64,000 nt of DNA from contig CALFAM010000153.1 of the NCBI GenBank assembly GCA_937948815.1, forward strand, positions 2,212 through 66,211, written 5' to 3'. The notes under the pieces were generated by a model. That model searched no databases. It was not told where the DNA came from and was given only the letters and a program-made list of their open reading frames with translations. This document shows, piece by piece, positions 26,055-36,900 of the stretch (position 1 is the first letter of the stretch; each line of letters begins with the position of its first letter). This DNA is from an uncultured bacterium. GTDB lineage: Bacteria > Acidobacteriota > Thermoanaerobaculia > Multivoradales > J023. A program made the position numbers and the translations under genes.

Positions 26055-29000
26055 ATGAGCAGTACCGAAGCATTCGTACGCGAGCTCACGCAGCTTTCTC
26101 CCAAGCGGTTGCAGCTGCTTTGCCTCGAGATGCGAGAACAGCTCGACGCTGCGGATCGCGATCGGCGGGAACCGATCGCGATCGTCGGCCTCGGTTGCCG
26201 CTTCCCCGGCGGCGTTCGCGACTCCGAGTCGTTCTGGAAGCTGCTTGCCAATGGCGTGGATGCGACCGGCGAGGTTCCAGCCGACCGCTGGGACATGAAC
26301 GGTTTCTACGACACCGATCCGCTCGCGGTCGGCAAGATGTGTACGCGTCGTGGAGGCTTTCTGACCGATATCGATCAGTTTGATCCGACGTTCTTCGACA
26401 TCACGCCGCGAGAAGCCGAGAACATCGACCCGCAGCAACGTTTGCTTCTCGAGGTCACCTGGGAAGCGCTGGAGCACGCGGGTCAGGTGCCTTCGCAGTG
26501 GGGCAGTCGGCGCGTCGGTGTCTATGTCGGGATCACCCTCGAAGACTATGCGCGGGTGCAGATGCGCACCAACGACCCGACCTCGATCAATGCCTACACC
26601 GGCACGGGTATGACCACCAGCGTGGCGGCTGGTCGCCTCAGCTACGTCTTGGGATTCCAGGGACCGAGCTTTGCGCTGAACACCGCGTGCTCGTCGTCGT
26701 TGGTCACGGTTCATCTTGCCGCGCAGAGCCTGCGTCGCGGCGAATGCGAGATGGCGGTTGCCGGCGGCGTCAACCTCATGCTCTCTCCGGATTCGAGCAT
26801 TTTCCTGAGCGCGGCGCAGGCGCTCTCGCCGGACGGGCTGTGCAAAACCTTCGACGCCCGTGCCGATGGCTACTCGCGGGCCGAAGGCTGCGGCATGGTC
26901 GTGCTGAAGCGCCTTCGTGACGCGATCGCGGATGGTGATCGCGTGCTCGCGACGATTCGCGGTTCGGCGATCAACCACGACGGCCACAGCAGTGGGCTGA
27001 CCGTGCCGTACGGCCCTGCGCAGGTAGCGGTGATTCGGACTGCCCTCGAAGACGGCGGCGTGCGGCCGGACGAGATCAGCTACATCGAAGCGCACGGAAC
27101 GGGCACACCCCTCGGTGATCCGATCGAGGTGCAGTCCCTGGCCGAAGTCATGGGCGCGGGTCGCACGGCCGAGAATCCCCTCGTGCTCGGCTCGGTCAAG
27201 ACGAACTTCGGCCACGCTGAATCTGCGGCGGGAATTGCCGGCTTGATCAAAGTCGTTCTGGCCATGCAGCATCGCGAGCTGCCGCCTCACCTTCATTTCG
27301 AGCAACCCAATCCGCATCTTGGTCTGGATGAGGCGTCGTTTCGCATCCAGACGTCGCTCGCGCCCTGGCAGCCGGCGGGCGATCGCCGCTTGGCTGGCGT
27401 GAGCTCGTTTGGACTGAGTGGAACCAACGCTCATGTCGTGCTCGAAGAAGCGCCCGCGCGCCCTCGCCCGACGCGTGAGCGCCGCCGGCCCCAGCATCTC
27501 TTTCTCCTCTCCGCGGCCCGTCCCGAAATCTTGCCACGCATGGCGGAGCGTGCTGCCGACCACATCGAGCGTCACGACGAGATCGACGTCGGCGATGCCT
27601 GCTTCACGGCCAGCACCGGGCGCACCCACTTCGATCACCGTTTCGCTGCGGCAGTGAGCTCGCGCGATGCGTTGGTCCAGAGCCTTCGCCGTGTCGCGGC
27701 TGGAGAACCTGCGCCGCGGACCTGGCATCGTGCGGTCGACGCGCTCGAGGCTCCGCGAATCGCCTTCCTGTTCACCGGCCAGGGCGCCCAGCGCAAGGAC
27801 ATGGGGCGCCAGCTCTTCGACACGCAGCCGACGTTTCGGCGCACACTCGAGCGTTGCGACGAGATCCTGTCGCCGCTGTTGGGCCAGTCGATGCTGTCGG
27901 TGCTGTATGCGGCCGATGGGGGCGCGGATGAAGGTGCCAGCCGAATCCACGAGACAGCGTTGGCACAGCCGGCGCTCTTTGCCGTCGAATATGCCCTTGC
28001 CGAGATGCTCGGGTCTTGGGGGGTGAGGCCAGCTGCGCTCCTGGGCCACAGTGTTGGCGAGTATGTCGCCGCCTGTGTGGCAGGTGTTTTTTCGCTCGAA
28101 GATGCCTTGCGCATCCTTGCCGAACGTGGGCGCTTGATGCAGGCCCTCGAGGGCGACGGCGCGATGGTCAATGTCTTCGTACCGGAGGCGACGGCGCGGC
28201 AAGCGATCGAAGGCCACCGAGAGCATGTGTCGATTGCGGCGATCAACGGTCCGGCGAGCACGGTGCTCTCCGGTGACCGCGCGGTACTCCAGGCAGTCGT
28301 CGGGGCGTTTGGTGATCGCCATCGCTGGCTCGAGGTCTCCCACGCCTTTCATTCACCTCAGGTCGAGCCGATGCTCGACGCGTTCGAGCGGCTGCTTGCC
28401 ACCATCGACCTGTCGGCTCCGGCCATTCCCCTGATCTCCAACCTCACCGGCCGCGTGGTCGAGCCCGAAGAGATCGTTCAGCCGTCGTATTGGCGTCAGC
28501 ACGTCCGTTCGCCCGTGCGCTTCATGGACGGCATCGCGAGCTTGCATGTCCACCGCTGCACGACCTTTCTCGAGCTGGGCCCGAGCCCGGTCTTGCTCGG
28601 GTTGGGTCGACGGTGCCCGGGCGCGGATGCGGCGGCCTGGCTACCGACCTTGCGCCCGGCCAAGACCGACTGGGATCAGATACTCGAAAGCGTCGCTCAG
28701 CTGCACACTGCCGGTGTCGAGATCGACTGGCAAGCGTTCGATCGTGACGAACCGAGTCGCCGGGTTTCGTTGCCGTCCTACCCATGGAAGCGGCGTCGGT
28801 TTTGGTTGCGCGGCGCCGTCCCCATTTCTCGCCTCGAAATCGGGATGGAGCCGGCCCTGGATCACGCACGCGCCCATCCGGACGAACCGTCAACCGAAAC
28901 GGCGTCGGGCGAGCATTCCGAGCCGGCACCGAGCTTGTACTACGAGATCGTCTGGGAAAAGTCTGAGCTCCCAGCGCACGGTCAAGGGCTGCTGGAGGGA

Positions 29001-30935
29001 CCTTCGTGGCTCGTTCTCGGCGACGCGGACGGCCTCGGGCCGAAGCTCGTGAAGGCGCTCGACGCTCAGGGCGCTCACGCCGTCTGCGAGCCTCTCTTCG
29101 AGGGGACAACTAACGGCGCCTTGACGACGCGGCAAGCGCTCGAACAGCATCTCCGCGCCTCGGTCGAACGCCATGTTCGACCCTCCGAGAGCGGGTCCCG
29201 TTGCCAGCATGTCGTCTATCTCGGCGCACTGGAGGCAAGTCTCAGCCCGCCGTCCCGCACGGCGTCGGTGGCATCGGGAGATCCCTACGCGGCGCTGGCA
29301 GGCGCGATCGTGCTGCTGCAGCGTCTCGCCGCGGAACGTCTCGACCCCGCGCCACGCCTGTGGGTCGTGACATCTGGCGCCCAGGCGGTTGCCGCCGAAG
29401 CTCGCGGCCTCGAGCCACTCCAGTCGACGTTGTGGGGCCTGGGCCGCACCTGTGCCTTCGAACGCCCCGATCTCTGGGGCGGTCTCGTCGACCTGGATCC
29501 CGTGGAGCGTGGCACCGGTGCGGCGCAGCGCCTGGCAGCATCCTTACGGGCGGGTGACAAGGAAGATCAGGTCGGATTCAGGGGGGACGAGCGCTACGTC
29601 GCGCGTGTCCTTCGCGCCCCGATGCCCGAGCCCGAAGCGGAAGAGAGCAAAGCCGAGTCGCTCGAGATTCGGTCCGATGGCGATTACCTGATCACCGGCG
29701 GGCTCAAAGGTCTCGGATACGAGGTCGCACGCTGGCTGGTCGACCGCGGGGCGCGTTTCCTCACCCTGCTCGGCCGAAGCAAGCTGCCAGAACGGAGTAC
29801 CTGGGATCGTTTGACTGACGCGAACCCACGCTGGGTCGATGCGATCGGCCGTATTCGCGCACTCGAGGAAGCAGGTGCCAGTGTCGAGTATGCCTCTGTC
29901 GATATTGGCGACGAGGCTCGGGTTCGCGCCTACCTTGCCCAGCGCGCTCACGACGGCCGGCCGCCCGTGCGAGGCGTCGTGCATGCTGCGGCCGTGTGGG
30001 CGGATGCCGAGGGCCACGGTGTCATCGGACCGTTGGAGCAGATTCAACTGTCCTCGGTCGATGATGTGCTCTCGCCCAAAGTCGAAGGTGGCCGCATTCT
30101 GGAGCGGCTACTGGACCCGAAAGAGGTCGACTTCTTCCTGCTCTTCTCGTCTGTCGCGGCGCTGATGAGCTCCTTCGGGCAGGGTGTTTATGCCGCGGCC
30201 AATGCCTACCTGGACACACTGGCCTGGGATCTCGGTTCCCGCCCCGGTTGCAAGGCCCTGGCGATCAACTTGGGGCCGGTCGCGGACGCTGGGTTTGGGA
30301 TGTCCGAAGAAGGCCTTCGGATCAACAAGGACTTCGAACGACTCGGCATCCGCACCTTGCCGGTCGCGCGCGTGATGGCGGCTCTCGATCATCTTTTCGC
30401 GCAGGACGTGCCGCAGCTCGCGATGGTCGATCTGGAGTGGCAACGCATCCAGCAGGTCTACGGAGGCATGCTCCGCTCACCCTTGACGCGTCATCTCCTA
30501 CCTTCCCAGCCCGATCGTGCCGAAGGCCCTGGACTCCTCGAGCAGCTCGACGAGCGGGAGCCCACGGAGCAGCATGAGTTGGTGTCGACCTGGCTTCAAG
30601 GCGAGATCGTCGTGCTGATGGGTTTCGACGAGTCCGAGACGCCGACCAAGGACCAAGGCTTGTTCAAGATCGGCATGGACTCGCTCTTGGCCGTCGAGCT
30701 GAAGCATCGCATTCGCAACGAGCTCAGGCGGGATTTTCCGATCACGGCTGTCTTCGATCACCCAACCATCGACGAGCTCACATCCTTCCTGCTCATCGAT
30801 GTGCTCGGCCTCGAACCGCAAGGGAACCACGGTGACGCTGGCATCCCAGGTGACGTGGACATCCTGGATCAGATCGACCAGCTGTCCGAGGAAGAGGCAG
30901 AAGCGCTGCTCGCTCAGCAAACCGGAAGCCCTTGA
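26055..30935 (+). CDS. Type I PKS module 3: KS-AT-KR-ACP
   Basis: 1626-aa ORF starting 1 nt after the previous stop.
- KS: NTACSSS / [11 protein letters not shown] / [10 protein letters not shown]
- AT: GHSVGEY plus HAFHS
- KR: [20 protein letters not shown] (no LDD motif)
- ACP: [11 protein letters not shown]
There is a helical N-terminal docking-like segment. Confidence 0.95.
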   Translation: MSSTEAFVRELTQLSPKRLQLLCLEMREQLDAADRDRREPIAIVGLGCRFPGGVRDSESFWKLLANGVDATGEVPADRWDMNGFYDTDPLAVGKMCTRRGGFLTDIDQFDPTFFDITPREAENIDPQQRLLLEVTWEALEHAGQVPSQWGSRRVGVYVGITLEDYARVQMRTNDPTSINAYTGTGMTTSVAAGRLSYVLGFQGPSFALNTACSSSLVTVHLAAQSLRRGECEMAVAGGVNLMLSPDSSIFLSAAQALSPDGLCKTFDARADGYSRAEGCGMVVLKRLRDAIADGDRVLATIRGSAINHDGHSSGLTVPYGPAQVAVIRTALEDGGVRPDEISYIEAHGTGTPLGDPIEVQSLAEVMGAGRTAENPLVLGSVKTNFGHAESAAGIAGLIKVVLAMQHRELPPHLHFEQPNPHLGLDEASFRIQTSLAPWQPAGDRRLAGVSSFGLSGTNAHVVLEEAPARPRPTRERRRPQHLFLLSAARPEILPRMAERAADHIERHDEIDVGDACFTASTGRTHFDHRFAAAVSSRDALVQSLRRVAAGEPAPRTWHRAVDALEAPRIAFLFTGQGAQRKDMGRQLFDTQPTFRRTLERCDEILSPLLGQSMLSVLYAADGGADEGASRIHETALAQPALFAVEYALAEMLGSWGVRPAALLGHSVGEYVAACVAGVFSLEDALRILAERGRLMQALEGDGAMVNVFVPEATARQAIEGHREHVSIAAINGPASTVLSGDRAVLQAVVGAFGDRHRWLEVSHAFHSPQVEPMLDAFERLLATIDLSAPAIPLISNLTGRVVEPEEIVQPSYWRQHVRSPVRFMDGIASLHVHRCTTFLELGPSPVLLGLGRRCPGADAAAWLPTLRPAKTDWDQILESVAQLHTAGVEIDWQAFDRDEPSRRVSLPSYPWKRRRFWLRGAVPISRLEIGMEPALDHARAHPDEPSTETASGEHSEPAPSLYYEIVWEKSELPAHGQGLLEGPSWLVLGDADGLGPKLVKALDAQGAHAVCEPLFEGTTNGALTTRQALEQHLRASVERHVRPSESGSRCQHVVYLGALEASLSPPSRTASVASGDPYAALAGAIVLLQRLAAERLDPAPRLWVVTSGAQAVAAEARGLEPLQSTLWGLGRTCAFERPDLWGGLVDLDPVERGTGAAQRLAASLRAGDKEDQVGFRGDERYVARVLRAPMPEPEAEESKAESLEIRSDGDYLITGGLKGLGYEVARWLVDRGARFLTLLGRSKLPERSTWDRLTDANPRWVDAIGRIRALEEAGASVEYASVDIGDEARVRAYLAQRAHDGRPPVRGVVHAAAVWADAEGHGVIGPLEQIQLSSVDDVLSPKVEGGRILERLLDPKEVDFFLLFSSVAALMSSFGQGVYAAANAYLDTLAWDLGSRPGCKALAINLGPVADAGFGMSEEGLRINKDFERLGIRTLPVARVMAALDHLFAQDVPQLAMVDLEWQRIQQVYGGMLRSPLTRHLLPSQPDRAEGPGLLEQLDEREPTEQHELVSTWLQGEIVVLMGFDESETPTKDQGLFKIGMDSLLAVELKHRIRNELRRDFPITAVFDHPTIDELTSFLLIDVLGLEPQGNHGDAGIPGDVDILDQIDQLSEEEAEALLAQQTGSP

Positions 30936-30938
30936 GGC

Positions 30939-33900
30939 ATGGACGCCTACGCCAAGAAGATCGCCGGATACTCGAAGGCGCACCTTTCGCTCCTGTGCCT
31001 GGAGCTAAAGAAGCGACTCGACGCCGCCGAGGGTGCAGCCACCGAACCGATCGCGATCGTTGGCATGAGCTGCCGGTTTCCGGGCGGTGCAAACAGTCCC
31101 GATGCGTACTGGCAGCTTCTGCGTCAAGGTCGAGACGCGATCGCGCCGATTCCCGAGGGGCGCTGGGATCAGGATAGCTACTACGATGCCGATCCCGACG
31201 CCACCGGCAAGATGTACTGCCAGTACGGAGGTTTCCTGGACGAGCTGGATGGTTTCGAGCCCCAGCTCTTCAACATCTCACCTCGCGAAGCGTCGAGCCT
31301 CGATCCGCAGCACCGCATCCTGCTGGAGCTCACGTGGGAGGCTCTCGAGGACGCCGGCCAGGATCCGACCTCGTTGCGCGGCACCCGCACGGGTGTCTTT
31401 GTGGGTTTCGGCAGCGACGACTTCACCAAGAACCAGCTACTCGATCTCCCTCCCGAGCGTTTCGATATCTACCTCGGCACCGGTGGTGGCTATTGCTACG
31501 GCGGCGGCCGCCTCTCGCATACCTTGGGGCTCAATGGCCCCAACGTCTCGCTGGAGACTGCCTGCTCGTCCTCGCTGGTCGCACTGCACCTCGCCTGCCA
31601 GAGCCTGCGGATGGGCGAGTGCCCGCAAGCGATTGCTGGTGGCGTGCACCTGTGGATGTCGCCGGTGGGTGGAATCTTTCTTTCGAAAGTCCGTGCACTC
31701 GCTCCCGATGGCCGCTGCAAGACGTTCGATTCTCGAGCCGATGGATTCGTACGGGGCGAGGGTGGCGGTGTCGTGGTCCTCAAGCGACTTTCGGATGCGA
31801 AGCGAGACGGTGATCAGATCCACGCCGTTATTCGTGCATCGGCGATCAATCACGACGGTCCATCGAGTGCGCTGACTGTCCCCTACGGCCCCGCACAGCA
31901 GGCCGTCATCGAGACTGCCCTACGACAGGCCAAGGTCCAGCCACACGAGATTGGCTACGTCGAGGCACACGGCACCGGAACACCCCTCGGCGATCCCATC
32001 GAAGTCCGTTCCCTGGCGAAAGTGCTCGGCCGTGCGGCAGGCCGCTCGGCCGACAACCCCTTGGTCATCGGTTCCGTGAAAACCAATTTTGGTCATCTCG
32101 AGGCCGCTGCGGGCATCGCGGGCGTGTTGAAGGTGGTTCTTGCGCTCAAGCGGGAAGTGATTCCGCCGCATCTCCACTTTCGCCAGGCGAACTCGGAGAT
32201 CTGCCTCGAAGATGGTCCCTTCATCGTGCCGACGGAGTCGATCTCGTGGGGCCGGGGAAGCCGCAAGCGTCTGGCTGGTGTGAGCTCCTTCGGCATGAGC
32301 GGGACCAACGCACATGCCATCCTCGAAGAAGCGCCACGAGCCATCGATGGAAACGGGGACTCCGGCCGTCCGGCGCATCTTTTGACCCTGCGCGCCCGCA
32401 GCGAAGCCGCTCTACGGCAGCTCGCCACGCGCTACGCCGACCATCTGTCCGAGCACCCCTCTCTGCCCTTGCAAGATGTCTGCGCGACAGCGAATACCGG
32501 CCGAACGGCGTGGCCGTGGCGCCTGGCGGCCGTTGCCGATTCTGGACGAGAGCTCGGCGAAAAGCTTCGTGCCCTTGCTGCTGATGAGCCATCCCGCGAT
32601 GTCGTACGAGGGCAAGCGGCTCCTCGCCAAGCGCCGAAAGTCGCTTTTCTCTTTCCGGGCCAGGGCGCTCAGCGCGTGGGAATGGGACGGGAGCTCTACG
32701 AAGCCGAGCCAGCATTTCGCCAGGCCATCGACGAGTGCGACGGCTACCTGAGGCCGTACCTCGATCGATCGCTGCCGGCCATGCTTCGTGATGAGGATGC
32801 TCCGCTCGACGAGACGGCGACCACCCAGCCCGTTCTCTTCGCCCTTGGCTACGCGCTGGCTGCCATGTGGCAGCACTGGGGCATTCGCCCCGACGCGGTG
32901 TTGGGGCACAGCGTGGGCGAATACGTTGCCGCCTGTGTCGCCGGTAGCCTGTCGCTCGAAGATGCCGCAACGCTGATCGCGGAGCGCGGCCGCCTGATGC
33001 AAGCCTTGCCTGCGGATGGCGGCATGGTCGCGGTTCTTGCGTCTGCCGAGCAGGTCGAGCCCTTGCTGCGGCCCGTTGCCTCGCAGGTCTCGCTTGCCGC
33101 GGTCAACGGCCCGCGAAGCGTGGTGCTCTCGGGGCTGCGCACTACGCTCGAGCGGCTCTGCCGCGAGCTCGCCGCTCGCACCATCCAGAGCCGCTGGCTG
33201 CCGGTCTCCCACGCCTTCCACTCGCCCCTGATGGATCCGATCCTCGACACCTTCGAGGAGCTGGTTGCGAGCCGAAAGCTCGGCAAGCCCAAGCTGCCAC
33301 TGATCTCGAACCTGAACGGTCGTCCGGTGGATGACGAGATCATGCAGCCCAGCTACTGGCGGCGGCACGCTAGGGAGTGCGTGCGGTTCGCGGATGGTCT
33401 GAGCTGTCTCGCGAATCAGGGTTTCGAGATCTTTCTCGAGTGCGGCCCCGCCTCGACCTTGCTCGGCATGGGGCGGAAGTGTCTGCCCGCGAAAGAGGGC
33501 ACGTGGCTCCCATCGATGCGAGCGGAAGCGCCCTGGCACGGCACGCTCCGCACGCTCGGAGCGCTCTACGCCAAGGGGGCCGACGTCTCCTGGTCTCGAT
33601 TCCACGGTGACGCCTGGCAACGCCGTTCCCTGCCGACCTACCCCTTCGAACGGCGGCGCTACTGGCTCGATCTCGATATGCAACGGCCACAGCCGAAGAT
33701 CGTCCTCGAGCAGGAGGGGCGCCAGGATCCGGAGCTCGGTCCGGTGATCGACGAGCTCTTCTCGGCGTGGGGAGGCGACGGCGTGATGGCGATCAATCGT
33801 CGCGTCACCTCTCCGTGGCTCCTGCTGACACCCGCTCGGAAGAGTCTGTTCTGTTTCAACCAGCGCCGCGAAGCCCTACTGGTCACGAGCTACGTCGGAC

Positions 33901-36900
33901 CACCCGCCGCTCGTGAGAGCTCGATCGAATATCTCCTCCGCTACACGCGCTCGCGAGAGCTAGACCTGACGCTCTTCGTCCACGGCCATCATGCCGAATC
34001 CCTGGCTCGGATGGGCCTTTCGACCACGCCCGTCGGGGTTTGGCAAACGCTCGCCGATACGCGTTCGTTCGACCTTCATGGGGGTCGAATGAAGCGGCTG
34101 CGTTCCAAATTCAATGCGTTCGATCGCACCGGTCAGGGCCGTGTGGACGAATGCCGCGTCGGCGACGATTCCCGGGTCGATCAACAGATCGTCGAGATGA
34201 TCGGCCACTGGGTGAAGCGAAAGGGGCGAAAGGCACCGTTTGTTTCAGAGCTCGAGAGGCAGATTCGATCAGGCGCACTCCATCCTGGGCATCGCCTATT
34301 CCTGGTCTACGCCACCAACGATCTCGAGAGCGTCATCCTCCTGTCGCCGATCCCGCAAAAGAATGGCCATCTCATGGATCTCGAGTTCTACCGTCAAGAT
34401 GTACGCCCTGGAGCGCTCGAGTTCGGCATCGTTCGCATTCTCGAATTGCTTCGGGCTGAAGGCTCGACCTATCTCAGTCTGGGCTCGACCTTCGGAACGC
34501 AGCTCTCCGCGCACGAGAACGAGGACCCCGAGGTCGCCGCTCTCCTGGGTGCCCTGCACGACCAAGGCCTCCTCAACGAAGATGGAAATTTCGAGTTCAA
34601 GAAGAAGTTCGCTCCCGCGATCGAGCCGTTTTACATCAGCCGTCTCAAGGGTGCTGGTACGGCTTCGATCGCGACCGTTCTTGCCATGCTTTCCGGAAAG
34701 GAAGGGGGTGACTTCGACGGCGTGGTTGCTGACCCATCCGATGATTCGCCCAAAGCCCTCGCCCCCCATGCTGACGAGCGCGATCAGAACGCGCTCGAAA
34801 GGGAGACATTTCACCCCTTGCTGGGCAACCGCCTTTCCCTCGCGGTCCGAGATGTGGTCTTTCATGCGGTCCTGAGCACCGATCTTCCCCACCTCGCCTT
34901 TCTCGGCGAACACCGGGTTTTCGAACGGATCGTGCTTCCCGGCGCCGCCTACATCGAGACGGCGCTGGCCGGTGCCGAGCACGTCCTCGGTGCCCGACCC
35001 TGCGTGCTCGAAGATCTGCATCTTCAGGAGGCCCTCGTCCTGCGCGACGAGGAGCGCCTGGACGTTCAAACCATTTTCGCGCGAGATTCCGCCGGGGCCC
35101 TGACCTTCCAAGTCTCCAGCGCTCGGCGCAAGGATGAAAGCGGTGAGTGGATCGTGCACGGGAGTGGCCGGGTCACGTTGACGGAAAGTGCTGAAGCGCT
35201 TGCGGAATCCGCCAAAGAGTCGCTACCCACGTTGCGCGAGCGATGCACGGACAGCGTTGACATCGAGAGCTTCTATCGAGTCGCGAGCACTCATGGGATC
35301 GCGTACGGGCCCTCGTTTCGATGCATCGAGGAGTTGTGGAGTGGTGAGGGTGAAGCACTGGGGCGGGTCGTGCTGCCCGATAGGCTTGCGGAAGCAGGTT
35401 CGCGTTTCGTGGTACATCCGGTGCTCCTCGATGCCTGCCTTCAGTTTCCTGGCATCGCATGGGTGAGCCTTCGGGGAGAGGCCGAGCCGGGAATCAACTA
35501 CCTTCCCTTCCGCCTCGGACGCTTTTGTCAGTATCGCCCATGGTGCCGTGAGCTGTGGAGCCACGTCCGTATCCGACCCGTCGCCGACGAACGACCGGAA
35601 TCTCTGGTCATGGACGTCAGCCTTTTCGATCGGCAGGGGAACCGAGTCGCAGAGCTGAGCGAATTCGCGGCTCGCCGGACCAGTCGCGATGTGATGCGGC
35701 TCCTGCTTCGTGACGACGCTGAAGATCTCTTGTACGAGATGCGTTGGCAGCCCGCAGCACGGCACGCGAAGGGCGAGTCGGACCGCTCAGCAGCCGGCCG
35801 ACGTGACGTGGCGGAAGTGAGAACGCCGGAAGTCGGCGCGTGGCTCGTTACCACGGATACGGATGGGCTTGGCGACCTCGTGGCAGATGCGCTCGCAGCG
35901 CGGGGTGCTGAAGTCGTGGTCGTTCGACCGCCACCGATCGGTGCAAGCTCCGAGTGTCTTGCCGCGGCTGAGGCAGACGACGCAGCGGAGTTTCGAAAGA
36001 TTTTTCGAGAGGCTGCCCGTCAGTCGGCAGATACCACGTTTGGCATTGTCCACTGCTGCAGCTCGAGTGCAGACATCGACTTCGAAAGCGAAAGCCAGTG
36101 GGTGATTCGAGACGCTCAGAACCGAGGCAGTCGACGTCTCCTCGCCATTCTCGACGAGCTGAGCGCTGCAGGCGTTGCGGCCGATGGCGCGAAAGTCTGG
36201 TGTGTCACACGCAATGCGCAGCCCATTCATGGTGGAGCGGTCGACCCGTCGCTCGCACCGCTATGGGGTCTCGGCCGAACGATCGCGCAGGAGCATCCCG
36301 AGCTGTGGGGAGGGATGGTCGATTTGCCACCCACGGCGGGTCGTGAAGAGACGGGACGACTGGCTGGAGAGCTACTCCGTGGCGACGGGGAAGATCATGT
36401 GGCGTTCCGTGGCAACGAGCGTCTCGTGGCGCGTTTGACAGCGTGCGATGCAGCGCAGCCAACCTCTGGATCATTGGCCTTCCGCGCCAATGCGACGTAT
36501 CTCGTCACCGGCGGGCTCGGAGGCCTCGGCTTGACGGTCGCGCGCTGGCTCGTGGACCGCGGTGCCCGCCACCTTGCACTTCTCGGCCGGACCGGAAACG
36601 ACACCGGGACGGCGAGTGCTGATCTTGCGTCCCTTCGAGAGGCCGGCGCGAGCCTGGTCATTCTCAAGGCCGACTGCTCGCAGAAGGATGCGCTCGCCAG
36701 CGCTATCGAAGAGATCCATCAGTCGCAACCGCCGCTACGGGGTGTGTTCCACGCCGCGGGCGTTCTGGCCGACGCTCTCTTGCAGCATCAAACCTGGCCT
36801 CAGTTCCGTGAGGTAATGGCGCCGAAGATCGATGCCTCGTGGCATCTACACTCCCTCACGCGCGACATACCACTCGACTACTTTGTTCTCTTCTCCTCGG

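Noticed and set aside
26031-28352. Very long antisense ORFs inside the PKS genes: 26031-28352 minus (773 aa), 24524-25978 minus, 18250-19677 minus, 13941-15311 minus, 11972-13306 minus and 11000-11971 minus.
   Set aside because: They lie opposite strongly supported PKS coding sequence. Their translations are Arg/Ala/Gly/Pro-rich with no motifs. Such shadow ORFs are expected in high-GC DNA, where stop codons are rare off-frame.
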